This document shows positions 51,641-64,000 of a DNA stretch of 64,000 nucleotides, one piece after another. The notes beneath the pieces were generated by a model, which made no database searches, was not told where the DNA came from, and saw only the letters and a list, made by a program, of their open reading frames with translations. Position 1 is the first letter of the stretch, and each line of letters opens with the position of its first letter. Source of the DNA: Octopus vulgaris (Eukaryota); the NCBI GenBank assembly GCA_951406725.2, contig OX597817.1:8184001-8248000 (forward strand), written 5' to 3'. The position numbers and the translations under genes were made by a program.

Positions 51641-53400
51641 ACAGAGTTTTGTCAAAAAGCCATTTAAACCAATTGTCGACGGTAGGTATTACAGATTTTT
51701 CTACTGAATGATTAATTATTTTACATAATTATCAAAGAAGATTGTAAGGTACCATTTTCACATTATAAATGAGTTCCACATTATTTGTGATGTAGAGGTC
51801 AAGAGAGTTATTGCTTCTTGTTGGATAGAACATCAACAATGAACAATATGTTAATGAGGTCAAGCAGAGATTCCGTGTCCTTGCGGTCATGCTGTGATAT
51901 TCCTAATAGAATATACCCCTCGATGATTGACTTCGAGATTTTTTGAAGTCATTTAATAGGGATATGCTGATCTCGCTTGGTTAATGCTTCAGAAATATTT
52001 ATGGGGCTTTCCACAATTTTTTCAGTTATGTAGTATCTGGACAATACGTTGTATATAACACTGCATTGTCTTTCATGAACCGTGTTCGATTGTAGCATCA
52101 ACACTAAAGGTGCTGTGCTTTCGTGAGCGTTCAAGAGAAATTTGTTATAATGTCTTCCTTTTCTCTCAGAACGAAAGATGACAAAGTTTAATAAGAACAA
52201 TTCTGAAGTTTATATATTTGCTGTCAGATTCATTTATATTAGTTTCTCCAATCAATTTATTCAACGCCAATGATAACCGGTGTTGAATTACTTTCGACGA
52301 AGTAGAATATAGGATTATATATCGTAATCTATGTAATGTCGGTATAGCTGGAAAACTAGGAGTGGTTATATGACTTTTTAAGGGCCAGAAGTCAAGTTGT
52401 TGCAGTCAGCCGAACTTTTTCAAAAAAAAAAAAACAGAAACAAACAGAAACAAAGAAAACGCAGCAGTTCTGGGTGGAGTGCCTCAGAGAATTGGTTTGT
52501 GGAAATTGCCCATAGTTCGTTTAGACGCATGCAGTTATTAAAACAACCATCCATATAATTTATTCTGATACCGAAATATAAAATGCAAGCAGTTGTCTTG
52601 GTGAAATTAACAACCTACGCAAAGATCTCAATGTCATATAAAAGAGGTAGTTTGGTGAAAACCATAGGCAATATAACACTGTAAAATGCGAGCTGACAGA
52701 ATCGTTAGAACGCCGGACAAAATGCTTAACTGCATTTCGTTCGTCTTTACGTTCTGAGTTCAAAATCTGCCGAGGTGAACTTTTTTTTTTTTTTTCTCTA
52801 GTTTCAGCTCAGAGCTGCGGCCATGCTGATGCACCGCCGTTAAGATGGAAAGCTAAGTTGACCTTAGCAGGATTTGAACTCAGAATGTAAAGCACCAGAA
52901 CAAATATCATAAAACCGTTCTTCTGATGCTCTAATCGCTGCACCAGCTCTTTCATCCTTTCAAAGTTGATAAAATAAGTACCAGTAGAGCACTGTTATCG
53001 ATGAAATAAAGTTACTCCTTCCCCAAAATTTGAAATTAATAAATTTCTAACCACTTTGATCTGTTTAAAACATTGCATCCCGAATACACAAGGCGAGGAA
53101 AGAGTGCAGTCTCACATTTCCAATGAGTGCAAAACCTGGGAATTATGATGAAATAATGAAACATTATTCCGTGTACACGTTGCTAAAATAGTAACCGTGT
53201 GCAAACGACCGGAAAGACGGGTCTTGAGAACATTTAGCTCAGGAGAAAAAGAAATCACGTTGGCTCTGTAGACGGTACTTGTTCTCATGCTTTGGTTTAT
53301 TACCCTCAGCCAAGGTCGCCAAATAGTTGTAAGCCTGCTATGAAGTTGAAATCAATCTGACGGTTCTATCAATAAATAAAATAAAATAAAAGTATAGAAT

Positions 53401-53810
53401 AGGCGCAGGAGTGGCTGTGTGGTAAGTAGCTTATTTACCAACCACATGGTTCCGGGTTCAGTCCCACTGTGTGGCACCTTGGGCAAGTGTCTTCTACTAT
53501 AGCCTCGGGCCGACCAAAGCCTTGTGAGTGGATTTGGTAGACGGAAACTGAAAGAAGCCCGTCGTATATATGTATATATATTTATGCGTGTGTGTGTTTG
53601 TGTGTCTGTGTCTGTCCCCCTAGCATTGCTTGACAACCGATGCTGGTGTGTTTACGTCCCCGTAACTTAGCGGTTCGGCAAAAGAGACCGATAGAATAAG
53701 TACTGGGCTTACAAAAGAGTAAATCCCGGGGTCGAGTTGCTCGATTAAAGGCGGTGCTCCAGCATGGCCGCAGTCAAATGACTGAAACAAGTAAAAGAGT
53801 AAAAAGAGAA
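53401..53810 (+). mobile_element. tRNA-derived SINE, family A, near-consensus
   Basis: AGGCGCAGGAGTGGCTGTGTGGTAAG...GGTTCAGTCCC...tail (AAGAGTA)n. Confidence 0.92.
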
Positions 53811-54036
53811 TAAAAATGAATGGCTTTATGTAGTAACTGAACTACTGGAAAAGATTGAAAACTTGAAGACTCTTCTCCTACGAACGACGAAACGTGATGA
53901 GATATGCATTATTTATTTATAAAATCACTTTTAAGTAGTATCACAAAAGTTTGACATTAAGTGTTTGCAAATCACTGAACTGAGCGAAAATATGGTACCT
54001 AAAGTTTTGCTTTCCTTCTCAGTCTATGATTAGATA

Positions 54037-54257
54037 CCTATTTCTTTACTACCCACAAGGGGCAAAACACAGAGGAGACAAACAGATTAAGTCGATTACA
54101 TCGACCTCATTGCGTAACTGGTACTTAATTTATCGACCCCGAAAGGATGAAAGGCAAAGTCGACCTCGGTGGAATTTGAACTCAGAACGTAGCGGCAGAC
54201 GAAATACCGCTCAGCATTTCGCCCGGCGTGCTAACGTTTCTGCCAGCTCGCCGCCTT
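54037..54257 (-). mobile_element. SINE family B with 11-bp TSD
   Basis: TSD TCTATGATTAG at 54023-54033 and 54259-54269. Confidence 0.9.
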
Positions 54258-54389
54258 ATCTATGATTAGGTACAGCAATAATTTGGTATTCATGAGACAA
54301 TATTCTGAAAAAAATCTCCGGCGAAAACGAGGTCTTTGCATGGGCTGGGTACATAGTCATTACAAGCTGATTGGAAGCAGTAAAAAGTA

Positions 54390-54684
54390 ATGTATGTATG
54401 TATGTATGTATGTATGTATGTATGTATGTATGTATGTATGTATGTATGTATGTATGTATGTATGTATGTACGTATGTATGTATGTATGTATGTATGTATG
54501 TATGTATGTATGTATGTACGTATGTATGTATGTATGTATGTATGTATGTATGTATGTATGTATGTATGTATGTATGTATGTATGTATGTACGTATGTATG
54601 TTTGTATGTATGTACGTATGTACGTATGTATGTATGTATGTATGTATGTATGTATGTATGTATGTATGTATGTATGCATGCATG

Positions 54685-54716
<32 letters not shown>

Positions 54717-54784
54717 AATACATGTATGTATGCATGTATGTATGCATGCATGTATGTATGTATGTATGTATGTATGCATGCATG

Positions 54785-54815
<31 letters not shown>

Positions 54816-55050
54816 ATATGTATGAATGTATGCATGTATGTATGTATGAATGTATGTATGTATGTATGTATGTATGTATGTATGAATACATGTGTGTATG
54901 TATGAATACATGTATGCATGTATGTATGTGTGTGTGTATGTATGTATGTATGAATACATGTGTGTATGTATGAATACATGTATATGTATGTATGTGTGTG
55001 TGTATGTGTGTATGTATGTATGAATACATTTATGTATGTATGTATATGTG
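54390..55050. repeat. (ATGT)n tetranucleotide microsatellite, ~660 bp
   Basis: Directly visible. Confidence 0.97.
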
Positions 55051-55487
55051 GGTGTGTACGCATGGATTGGTATGTTTTGACTTAAAGACGTGTACAAATA
55101 TATATACTTCTATGTCTATACGTTTGTATATGAACATCCTACAGGCTAAACTTTTAGAATGTTTTATATATCTTCACAGTTGCATTAGTGGTTTATAATC
55201 GTACTCAGTTCTCTCTGATTTTGTGAAGTTCATTTGCTTGAAACTGTTGCCGAGGCAGTTACAAATGTATAATATAACAAAATATCCCAGTAATCATGGT
55301 AATCTAGAGTTATAAACCAGAGCTAGTGATTGCAGATTTCTCATGAGTCCGGTATACTTATTTCTTATATTTTGTTAATATCTGCTGGATAATGGATTTC
55401 TCCTATCATGTACACTTTATTTTTCTCTGTCCAAATTATTATGTCTAGTCTGGTCTGATATGTTGTACCTTTATTTTACAGAGCGGT

Positions 55488-55912
55488 GCTACTTTAGCGT
55501 ATGGTCTAACGTAGTTATCGTAGTATATGCTGAGAAATGATTTTATTTGGGTTAGAATTAGGATTAGTGTTAGGGTTAAATTCTAGGATTAGGATTAGAG
55601 CTAGGGTTAGCGTTAGCGTTAGACAGCATAATAATAAATAAATGCGCCCTTTTAAAGCCTAGCCAGGCTCATGGGCCCGGTTTCCCGTTTCTATGGCGTA
55701 TATGTTCCCCATCTGACGGGACGCCAGTCCATCGCAGCGTTACTCATTTTTGCCAGCTGAGTGGACTGGAGCAACGTGAAATGAAGAGTTTTGCTCAAGA
55801 AACAACGTGTCGTCCGGTCCAGGAATCGAAACCACAATCTTACAATCATGGTGCTGATACCCTAATCACTAAGCCACGCGCCTCCACGTTAGACAGCATG
55901 CTAAAGTGTAAT
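55488..55912. mobile_element. small inverted-repeat element with internal degenerate TTAGGG-like repeats, interrupted by a SINE
   Basis: TACTTTAGCGTATGGTCTAAC (55490-55510) versus GTTAGACAGCATGCTAAAGTG (55888-55908); GGTTAG/GATTAG units at 55549-55622. Confidence 0.5.
55630..55887 (-). mobile_element. tRNA-derived SINE, family D, with 12-bp TSD
   Basis: Head GTGGAGGCGCGTGGCTTAGTGATTAGG...GGTTTCGATTCC; TSD GTTAGACAGCAT at 55618-55629 and 55888-55899. A decayed copy lies at ~31670-31910. Confidence 0.88.
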
Positions 55913-56504
55913 TGGCCCAGTAGACTGCACACTACAGTGGTACATACGGATATTTTAGTGGGAATACTTCACTAGTAAAGTGGTACGAAATGCATTACAT
56001 TTTCTTAGGTATCTGAGGTAATGGGTGGTATAACAATGTGGACGGATATGTCTTTCGAGAATTAACCCAACATGGCTGACGTGACCGCGCTGTAGTGGTT
56101 GCATTAAAAATAGATTTTTTAGCTGTCACAGCTATTGAATCAGAAATTGGTCATACTACTGACAAAAAATTAGATCAAATAGGAAATCATAAATAATATT
56201 TGGTGAATTACTACGCCCAAAACAAAGTTTAACAGTTAGGTTAAAATTCTAGATAAAAGATCTATGCTTGTTGTTTGTAGCGTCGTCCAACGAGTACAAA
56301 CTTGCGCTACTCTGGAAAGATTATATCCAAGACGAATATTATCTCAAGTAAGAAAATGTGGTTCTGATTAAAAGTAGATCTGACTTCGGTGAGATACTGA
56401 CGAATCTAGCTCGTTTTAACCTTTACTTCAGAATTAAATATTATTAAGGGGCATTTTGCTGGTGATGAGACATAAAAAGGCAATGTTTGTTTATGTAGTT
56501 CACA

Positions 56505-56680
56505 AGGCGTAGGGGTGGCTGTGTGGTAAGTAGCTTGCTTACGAACCACATGGTTCCGAGTTCAGTCCCACTGCGTGGTACCTTGGGCAAGTGTCTTCTA
56601 ATATAGCCTCTGGTCGACCAAAGCCTTGTGAGTGGATTTGGTAGACGGAAACTGAAAGAAGCCCGTCGTATATATGTATG

Positions 56681-56755
<75 letters not shown>

Positions 56756-56970
56756 ATATGCTTGTGCGTCTGTGTTTCCCCCCTCCATCGCTTGACAATC
56801 GATGCTGGTGTGTTTACGTCCCCCGTAACTTGGCGGTTCGGCAAAAGAGACCGATAGAATAAGTACTAGGCTTACAAAGAATAAGTCCTGGAGTCGAGTT
56901 GCTCGACTAAAGGCGGTGCACCAGCATGGCCGCAGTCAAATGACTGAAACAAGTAAAAGAGTAAAAGAGA
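56505..56970 (+). mobile_element. tRNA-derived SINE, family A
   Basis: Family head, body and tail with internal microsatellite. Confidence 0.9.
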
Positions 56971-57205
56971 GTGAGCGATAGCAATGTTGTTGCAGATAAA
57001 ATTATCAACTAAGAAAAACCAGTGGGTTTTGCAGCTAAAGTAAAAATTCAAAACTCCTAGCTAAGGCGTCACCTATTCGTAGCTTAAACACTTCGAGCCA
57101 TTGCCAATGGGAACATGGAACTTAGTCTATTTTAAAAGCGTAAAGATACACAATCGTTACACAAATCTAGGAAACAGCCATGTATCTTGCTATCCCTAGC
57201 TATAA

Positions 57206-57242
<37 letters not shown>

Positions 57243-57250
<8 letters not shown>

Positions 57251-57366
57251 TCTTTTACTTGTTTATTCTATCAGTCTCTTTTTGCCGAACCGCTAAGTGA
57301 CAGGGACGTAAACACACCAGCATCGGTTGTCAAGCAATGCTAGGGGGACAAACACAGATACACAAG

Positions 57367-57410
<44 letters not shown>

Positions 57411-57583
57411 CATATATACGACAGGCTTCTTTCAGTTTCCGTCTACCAAATCCACTCACAAGGCATTGGTCGGCCCGGGGCTATAGCAGAAGACACTTGC
57501 CCAAGATGCCACGCAGTGGGACTGAACCCGGAACCATGTGGTTGGTTAGCAAGCTACTTACCACACAGCTACTCCTGCGCCTA
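57243..57583 (-). mobile_element. tRNA-derived SINE, family A, tail segment deleted
   Basis: ACTTGTTT joins directly to ATTCTATC; near-identical to 41197-41622. Confidence 0.88.
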
Positions 57584-58902
57584 TGAACACAACTATAAAG
57601 TTCAAAGTTGCTACAAATTCTAGGTTTTATGATATTTAAGGATCTCTCTAACATCGTTAGAACTGAAAATCGAAGACCTAGAATGCTTGATTAAGATCAG
57701 GAAATATTCAATTCCTTCTAAGTTATTGACATGCGACTGAACTCAAGTACGATCCCCTCTGAACTGCAAATCACATCTCTATAACGATTGTTTTTACCAA
57801 ATTTCTCAAGAGGAAGAGGGATAAAAAGGTAGGTATCTAGTAAATCTGTCTAAGTGGAAGCCGTACTGGATGCCATCCAGATGAGATGGTTTGGTAGAGT
57901 CTGGTTTTGGATAGGAGACAGATCAAGAATGTTTGGAATGAACGTCTGTGTTTATGATTAGCGGTGGAAACTGGTGTGTCAAGTTTCTTCCCTTTATGCA
58001 GAAATTGACACAGCCATTCGATAAATAGGGATCAAAAAGATAGTGTCCAATGAAAGAATAAAAATATTTGTTTTGAAGAAAATAACTCCTGTCAAGATTA
58101 TGGTCAACGAGTAAAATCAATTCTTATTTTCAAAGTTTCGGTATATTATTTTGATGAAGAGAAATCAATGCATGTTATTGGATCATGGAGAGTGAATATT
58201 AGAGTGTTGAAAAGTTCTTTTCATTATACTCTCGGAAAGAGGGACTTGAATGAGAGATTTACTAAGACAACAGGATTTGAACGCTGCTTTTCATCATCCA
58301 TGTTTTGATAAACTACGAAATAGACACGGGTTCGGGGCACTTTACTCTATGTTTTGTATTATGACTAACTTGGATAATATTCCGAGAACTGCTTTTGAGT
58401 CCCCTTCCAAATGACTGAACACTAGGACCCTCTCAAGCTGCTATCAGGGGAGCATTTAGGAGGTTGGCCGTTCTGTTTGCAATCGTACCCAAATCTTTTT
58501 CATATCCAGTTAATTTCTTAGAAAAGGAAGAACATATTGTACATTGGGGTCGTTCTAGAAATGCGTTACCTTCGTGTTAACTCTATGATGGAGTCAGAGC
58601 GGCGCCGTTGCGCCATACGTTGCGCCCTAGGATTTTTACGCCGGTCGAATGTTTTCTTTCTCAAGTTCTGGTTATTTTCTCCCCAGAGAGTAAAGAAAAC
58701 AGAAATAAGTGAAGAATCGGTCCCAGTAAAAGACAATACTTTATTTATCGATCCCAAAAAGATGGAAGGAAAAATTGACACCAGTGGGAGAACCAGAGAG
58801 CAAAACAATTTATCCGACGCTTTAACGACTTTGCCAATTGGCCATCATAAGGTCTAAATATTCTAGTTTGGAAAAAAAATATATAGGTATTTTTCTGTAT
58901 GT

Positions 58903-58971
<69 letters not shown>

Positions 58972-59770
58972 CACACATACATACATACTTACATACATAC
59001 ACACATACATACATACATACATACATACATACATACATACATACATACATACATACATACATACATACATACATACATACGTACGTACGTACGTAAGTAC
59101 GAGCATACATGCAAACAAACGTAGACACATACTTACATATTTGTATATGCCCTTGAAACATGTATATGTAACATAGAGACACATACACATACACATAATT
59201 ACACATACACACACACCCACACACCCACCCACACACATACACACTAACACATTCGCACACACAATGAGGAAATATGTTTGACAATTAAAAACGGTATCGT
59301 ATGGAGTAATTTTTGTTTAAAAGATTTAAGATTCAGGGCAGGAAGAGAAGGAGAGACGTGATAAGAATGGAAGCGCGTTAATTACTCGAGTAGTTGTTGG
59401 AGGTGGACGTCTATGGAGGTGTGACAGTGGCGGGTAGGAAGGGATAAGATTTTCCATCGAAATCTGGCATCCAGCATGGTCGCGGAAACAGAGACATGTT
59501 AGAATGAGGTCAGGAATACTTACCGCGCGTATGTGTGTGTATGTATGTGTGCATGTGTGTGTATGTGCGTGCTTCATATGAATGTACGTATGTCTGTATG
59601 TAAGTATGTGTGTGTATGCATGAATATATATATATACACACACATATATATGTATATATATATATTTATACACACACACACACACACACACATATATATG
59701 TGTGTGTGTGAGTGTGTATATATATATATACATATATATATATACACACACACATAAATGTATATAATAT

Positions 59771-59821
<51 letters not shown>

Positions 59822-59901
59822 TTTATGCTTAGTGTACATGTACATATATGTATATATATATATCTATGAATGTATGTATATGTGTATATGTATATATATG
59901 T

Positions 59902-59940
<39 letters not shown>

Positions 59941-59989
59941 CTCTAGTTTCAGCTCAGAGCTGCGGCCATGCTGATGCACCGCCGTTTAA

Positions 59990-60049
<60 letters not shown>

Positions 60050-60266
60050 CGTCTGGCGTAAACAGCCCTTCTTATCTTGTTCTCCTTGTCCTGTCTCTCA
60101 CTGTTATATATTTATTTTTCAACTGTTTATATATAATTTTTTTTACTGTTTATATGTTTGCACTGTCGTTACCGTCTTGCTTTTTTACCATTTTTTACCC
60201 CTCTGCGAAAAGATCTCAGAATTTTAATTGATTTGCTTTTCGCAGGAAGGAGGTTTCTTCGAAGTA

Positions 60267-60330
60267 TACGTCTCGCTTTTATCCTTCGAAACGTAGAGTA
60301 GATGAAACCTTAGCGACTGAAGAAGGGGAT
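60267..60330 (+). ncRNA. non-circularly permuted hammerhead ribozyme candidate inside (TA)n-flanked insert 60048-60528
   Basis: UACG-UC^-UCGCU uuu AUCCUUC-GAAA-CGUA (16 nt) AGCGA-CUGAAGA-AGGGGAU. All three helices can pair and all core nucleotides are present. Confidence 0.7.
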
Positions 60331-60526
60331 TTTTCGTTGTGCTTATTGTCCTGTATCTCTTTTTTTCTTTTTTGCTTGTCCTGTTCCTTGGTTTGTGTCT
60401 ATGTTTTTCGTCTCTCTATGTGTTCGACGTCTTTTTGGTGTCCTGTACACATATATGCGTGTATATGTACATGTAGAGGTAGGTAGTACATATATGTTTA
60501 TATATATGCATATGTTCTATTTTATT

Positions 60527-60593
<67 letters not shown>

Positions 60594-60606
60594 ATATTTG
60601 TAATAA

Positions 60607-60948
60607 AGGCGCAGGAGTAGCTGTGTGGTATGAAGCTTGCTTCCAAACCACATTGTTCCGAGTTCAGTCCCACTGCGTGACACCTTGGGCAAGTGTCTTC
60701 TACTATTGACTCAGGTCGACCAAAGCCTTGTGAGTGGATTTGGTAGGCGGAAACTGTAAGAAGCCCGTCGTATATGTATGTATATATTTATGTATATATA
60801 TGTATGTAGAGCTTAGCGGTTCGGCACAAGAGACCCATACAATAAGTACTATGCTTACAAAGAATAAGTCCTGGGGTCAATTTGTTCGACTAAAGGCGGT
60901 GCTCTAGCATGGCCGCAGCCAAATGACTGAAACTAGTAAAAGAGTAAA

Positions 60949-60950
<2 letters not shown>
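60607..60950 (+). mobile_element. tRNA-derived SINE, family A
   Basis: Family head and tail with an internal deletion. Confidence 0.87.
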
Positions 60951-60984
<34 letters not shown>

Positions 60985-61030
60985 AGATTACACACACGCA
61001 CACACTCACATATATATATGCATATATATA

Positions 61031-61073
<43 letters not shown>

Positions 61074-61090
61074 ATATACATAGGTATATG

Positions 61091-61150
<60 letters not shown>

Positions 61151-61221
61151 CAGGGAGAGAGAGAGGTGGGGAGAGAGAATGAAGAGAAATTTTTGTGCTG
61201 GGATTAGATGCATGTCCATTT

Positions 61222-61256
<35 letters not shown>

Positions 61257-61727
61257 GCATGTGTGTCTGTGCATGTATGTATGCATATGTGTGTGTGTGT
61301 GTCTGTGTCTATGCGTGTGTGTGTGTGTGTATAAATGCAAATGGCCGGGAAGCTAAACGGTGGATGAAATTGAGAAACATTTAGAGTCAACAAATTATGC
61401 GCACACGTGTTTCACATAAAGCCATCATCGCACTACATTAATTTTCATTATATATTAGAAAGATGCCGGTAATGTGGCCGCATATATTTTCTCATTTATC
61501 CTTATATACTTTATATAGGATTTAACATCAACAGCCCCACATTCTATGTATTTCTCGTTTGCGTGTGTATGTCTGTGTGTGTCTGTGTGTGTGCGTGCAC
61601 GCGTACTTATGCTGCAATTATTCCGACCATTAAGCCAGACTTAATCTACGTACGAAGTAACAACGGAATATTAAGTCCTCGAGCTAACGAAGAAGAAAAT
61701 CCCACGTTATATCTCGTTTGCAAGAAA

Positions 61728-62228
61728 CTAGCAGTATCGCCCGGCGTTGCTCGGGTTTGTAAGAGAAATAACTATATAAGCATTTTTAGAGAGTTATAGC
61801 CAAAAAATAGCAAAAAAATGCATTAAAAATGGAAAAAAAATGATGGTAAATTTTTTTTTAAATCGTTGACTCATCGTAGACATGTTTAGAGAGTTACTTC
61901 CCTTATATAATAGCGAAAAAATGCAATAAAATGGAAAAAAATTATGGTAAATTTTTTTTTAAATCGTTGACTCATCGTAGACATTTTTAGAGAGTTACTT
62001 CCCTTATATAATAGCGAAGAAAATGCATTAAAATGGAAAAAAATGATGGTAAATTTTTTTTTTAAATCGTAGACTCATCGTAGACGCGCGCTAATACCCA
62101 GAAGGGCTCGATATGAATCACGACTATAAGTTACCCGGTTTTGGTTAAACTGCACCGCAAAATGTGGGAGTAGTTAGGAATGTAAATCGTAGGAGACAGA
62201 CACACAACTTGACTTTTATATATAAAGA
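61728..62228 (-). mobile_element. non-autonomous Helitron (501 bp) with three ~100-bp internal tandem repeats
   Basis: Minus strand starts A|TC(TTTATATATAAAAG) and ends with hairpin CCCGAGCAACGCCGGG then CTAG|T, with no TSD. CAT.TTTAGAGAGTTA units at 61781, 61881 and 61982. Confidence 0.88.
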
Positions 62229-62400
62229 TTACCAGTCTATCCTTTTCGTGAAACAACACTACCGTTTAGAAGACGTTTAAATATACAGGAAAAATTAGTA
62301 CTGAATATGATATGAGAATAAAGAAAAGCAAAAAAGTAGGATGATTACAGCTAGAATAACGGGCGAACGATGAAATTTCGACACAGAAATATTACCTTTG

Positions 62401-62815
62401 TTTACTCTTTTACTCTTTCACTTGTTTCAGTCATTTGACTGTGGCCATGCAGGAGCACCGCCTTTTAGTCGAACGAATAGACCCCCCAGTACTTATTCTT
62501 TGTAAGCCTAGTACTTAATCCATCGATCTCTTTTGCCGAACCGCTAAGTTACGGGGACGTAAACACACCAGCATCGGTTGTCAAGCGATGTTGGGATGAA
62601 GGGGGGGGGACAAACATAGACACACAGAAATACACACACACATACACACATACATATATATATATATATACATATATACGACGGGCTTCTTTCAGTTTCC
62701 GTCTACCAAATCCACTCACAAGGCATTGGTCGGCCCGAGGCTATAGCAGAAGACACTTATTCAAGGTGCCACGCAGTGGGACTGAATCCGGAACCACACA
62801 GCCACTCCTACGCCT
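62401..62815 (-). mobile_element. tRNA-derived SINE, family A
   Basis: Family body and tail; head partly deleted. Confidence 0.87.
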
Positions 62816-63622
62816 ACATATATGCAAATGCTGTTAGAGAACGACGGAAGATATAAAGCGTTGAAATCCCTGAAACGGTAAGTGTGTTGCAAAGTTCATG
62901 AGAAACAATATGAGATATAGATTCGCCAGAAAAATGCATGATTCTGTCGGAAAAATAGCAATGATTTCAACAACAACCACAACAAGCAACAATAATAGCA
63001 ACATTGACAACCACAGAAACTATGCTGGGGGCCTGTATCTTTGCTCTCTCCCTTCCAAATACCACAGTCTTATACAAAACACACTTAAAATATACTCTTA
63101 AAAATACACCTTTGTATGCACGAGAAAAAAAAGCTGTCGTAATATTAATGAGATTAAAATCACCTTTATGGAACTAAAAGTTATTTAATGATGTATATGT
63201 AACGTAATGGATTATCAGGCTCACGCACGAGCACACGAATATAAGTCCCAGTATTACAAACTATTATCAAACCTGATCCAGATTAGATGGGTTTTTTTCT
63301 CAATGTATGTATAACTTGATTCTAACCGACAATTCTAGCAGTTTTTAAAATCTACAAAGGAAGATAACTCCAATAATATCAGCCAATTGAAATTTTCTTT
63401 AAAATGAAAGTGATGCAAATATGGAAGCGAATTTTGTCTTTAAAGCGAACTGGTAAAAGCAAGTCGTGTTTCGATTTTTTACTCTCTCTCGATATGTGCG
63501 TGTGTGTGTGTGTGCGTGCGTGCGTACGTGCGTGTATGTATGTATGTATGTATGTATGTATGTATGTATGTATGTATGTATGAAAGTATTAAATATGTGT
63601 ATATATATATATATATATATAT

Positions 63623-64000
63623 CGGGTTCAGTCCAACTGCGTGGCAACTTGGGCAAGTGTCTTCTACTATAGCCTCGGGCCGACCAAAGCCTTGTGATTG
63701 GATTTGGTAGACGGAAACTGAAAGAAGCCCATCGTATGTATATATGTATGTGTTTGTGTTTGTCCCCGACCCTCGCTTGACAACCGATGTTGGTGTGTTT
63801 GCGTCCCCGTAACGTAGCGGTTCGGCACAAGAGAACCCATAAAATAAGTACTAGGCTTACAAAGAATAAGTCCTGCGGTCGATTTTTTCTACTAAAGGCG
63901 GAGCTCTAGTATGGCCGCAGTCAAATGACTGAAACAAATAAAAGGGTTTCAGTCATTTGACTGCGGCCATGCTGGAGCACCGCCTTTAGTCGAGCAACTC
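63623..64000. mobile_element. two family-A SINEs tail-to-tail (63623-63943 plus; 63945-64000 minus, runs off window)
   Basis: GGCCGCAGTCAAATGACTGAAAC-AAATAAAAGG-GTTTCAGTCATTTGACTGCGGCC. Confidence 0.87.

Noticed and set aside
53401-53475. tRNA-like heads with A and B boxes
   Set aside because: They continue into SINE bodies and lack a proper acceptor stem, so they are not tRNA genes.
59326-59530. GC-richer unique segment with a minus-strand GTAAGT donor
   Set aside because: The would-be exon is microsatellite, and no coding signal was found.
28247-63830. Recurring short ORFs such as [22 protein letters not shown] and HHHHHLASAFHASMGWTV
   Set aside because: Incidental frames within SINE families A and C.

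Overview
AT-rich, microsatellite-rich animal genomic DNA, most likely a cephalopod (Octopus-type SINE families; inferred from repeat content, not verified). The only host gene is a Tribbles pseudokinase (TRIB2-like) on the minus strand. It has a TATA/Inr/GC/CCAAT promoter near 26.7 kb, an N-terminal coding exon at 24242-24511 (or from 24544), a 22.8-kb intron and a 293-bp kinase-domain exon at 1151-1443; the last exon lies outside the window. The intron holds only old, decayed repeats and many E-box/CRE/FoxO-type motifs. The upstream 28-64 kb is dense in mobile DNA: four SINE families, CR1-like, RTE-like and R4/Dong LINE ends, a maT-type mariner relic, piggyBac-like MITEs and a non-autonomous Helitron. 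The most striking signal is a set of short, sequence-diverse inserts next to (TA)n microsatellites (36.9-47.4 kb and 60.0-60.5 kb). They carry hammerhead ribozyme cores, often inside fold-back palindromes. These include an intact minimal hammerhead (46895-46937), a mirror-image hammerhead pair (39615-39786), and a hammerhead whose three strands are in a non-circularly permuted order (60267-60330). A second covarying RNA-like fold is shared by three divergent (TA)n inserts. All structures were paired by eye and none is tested.
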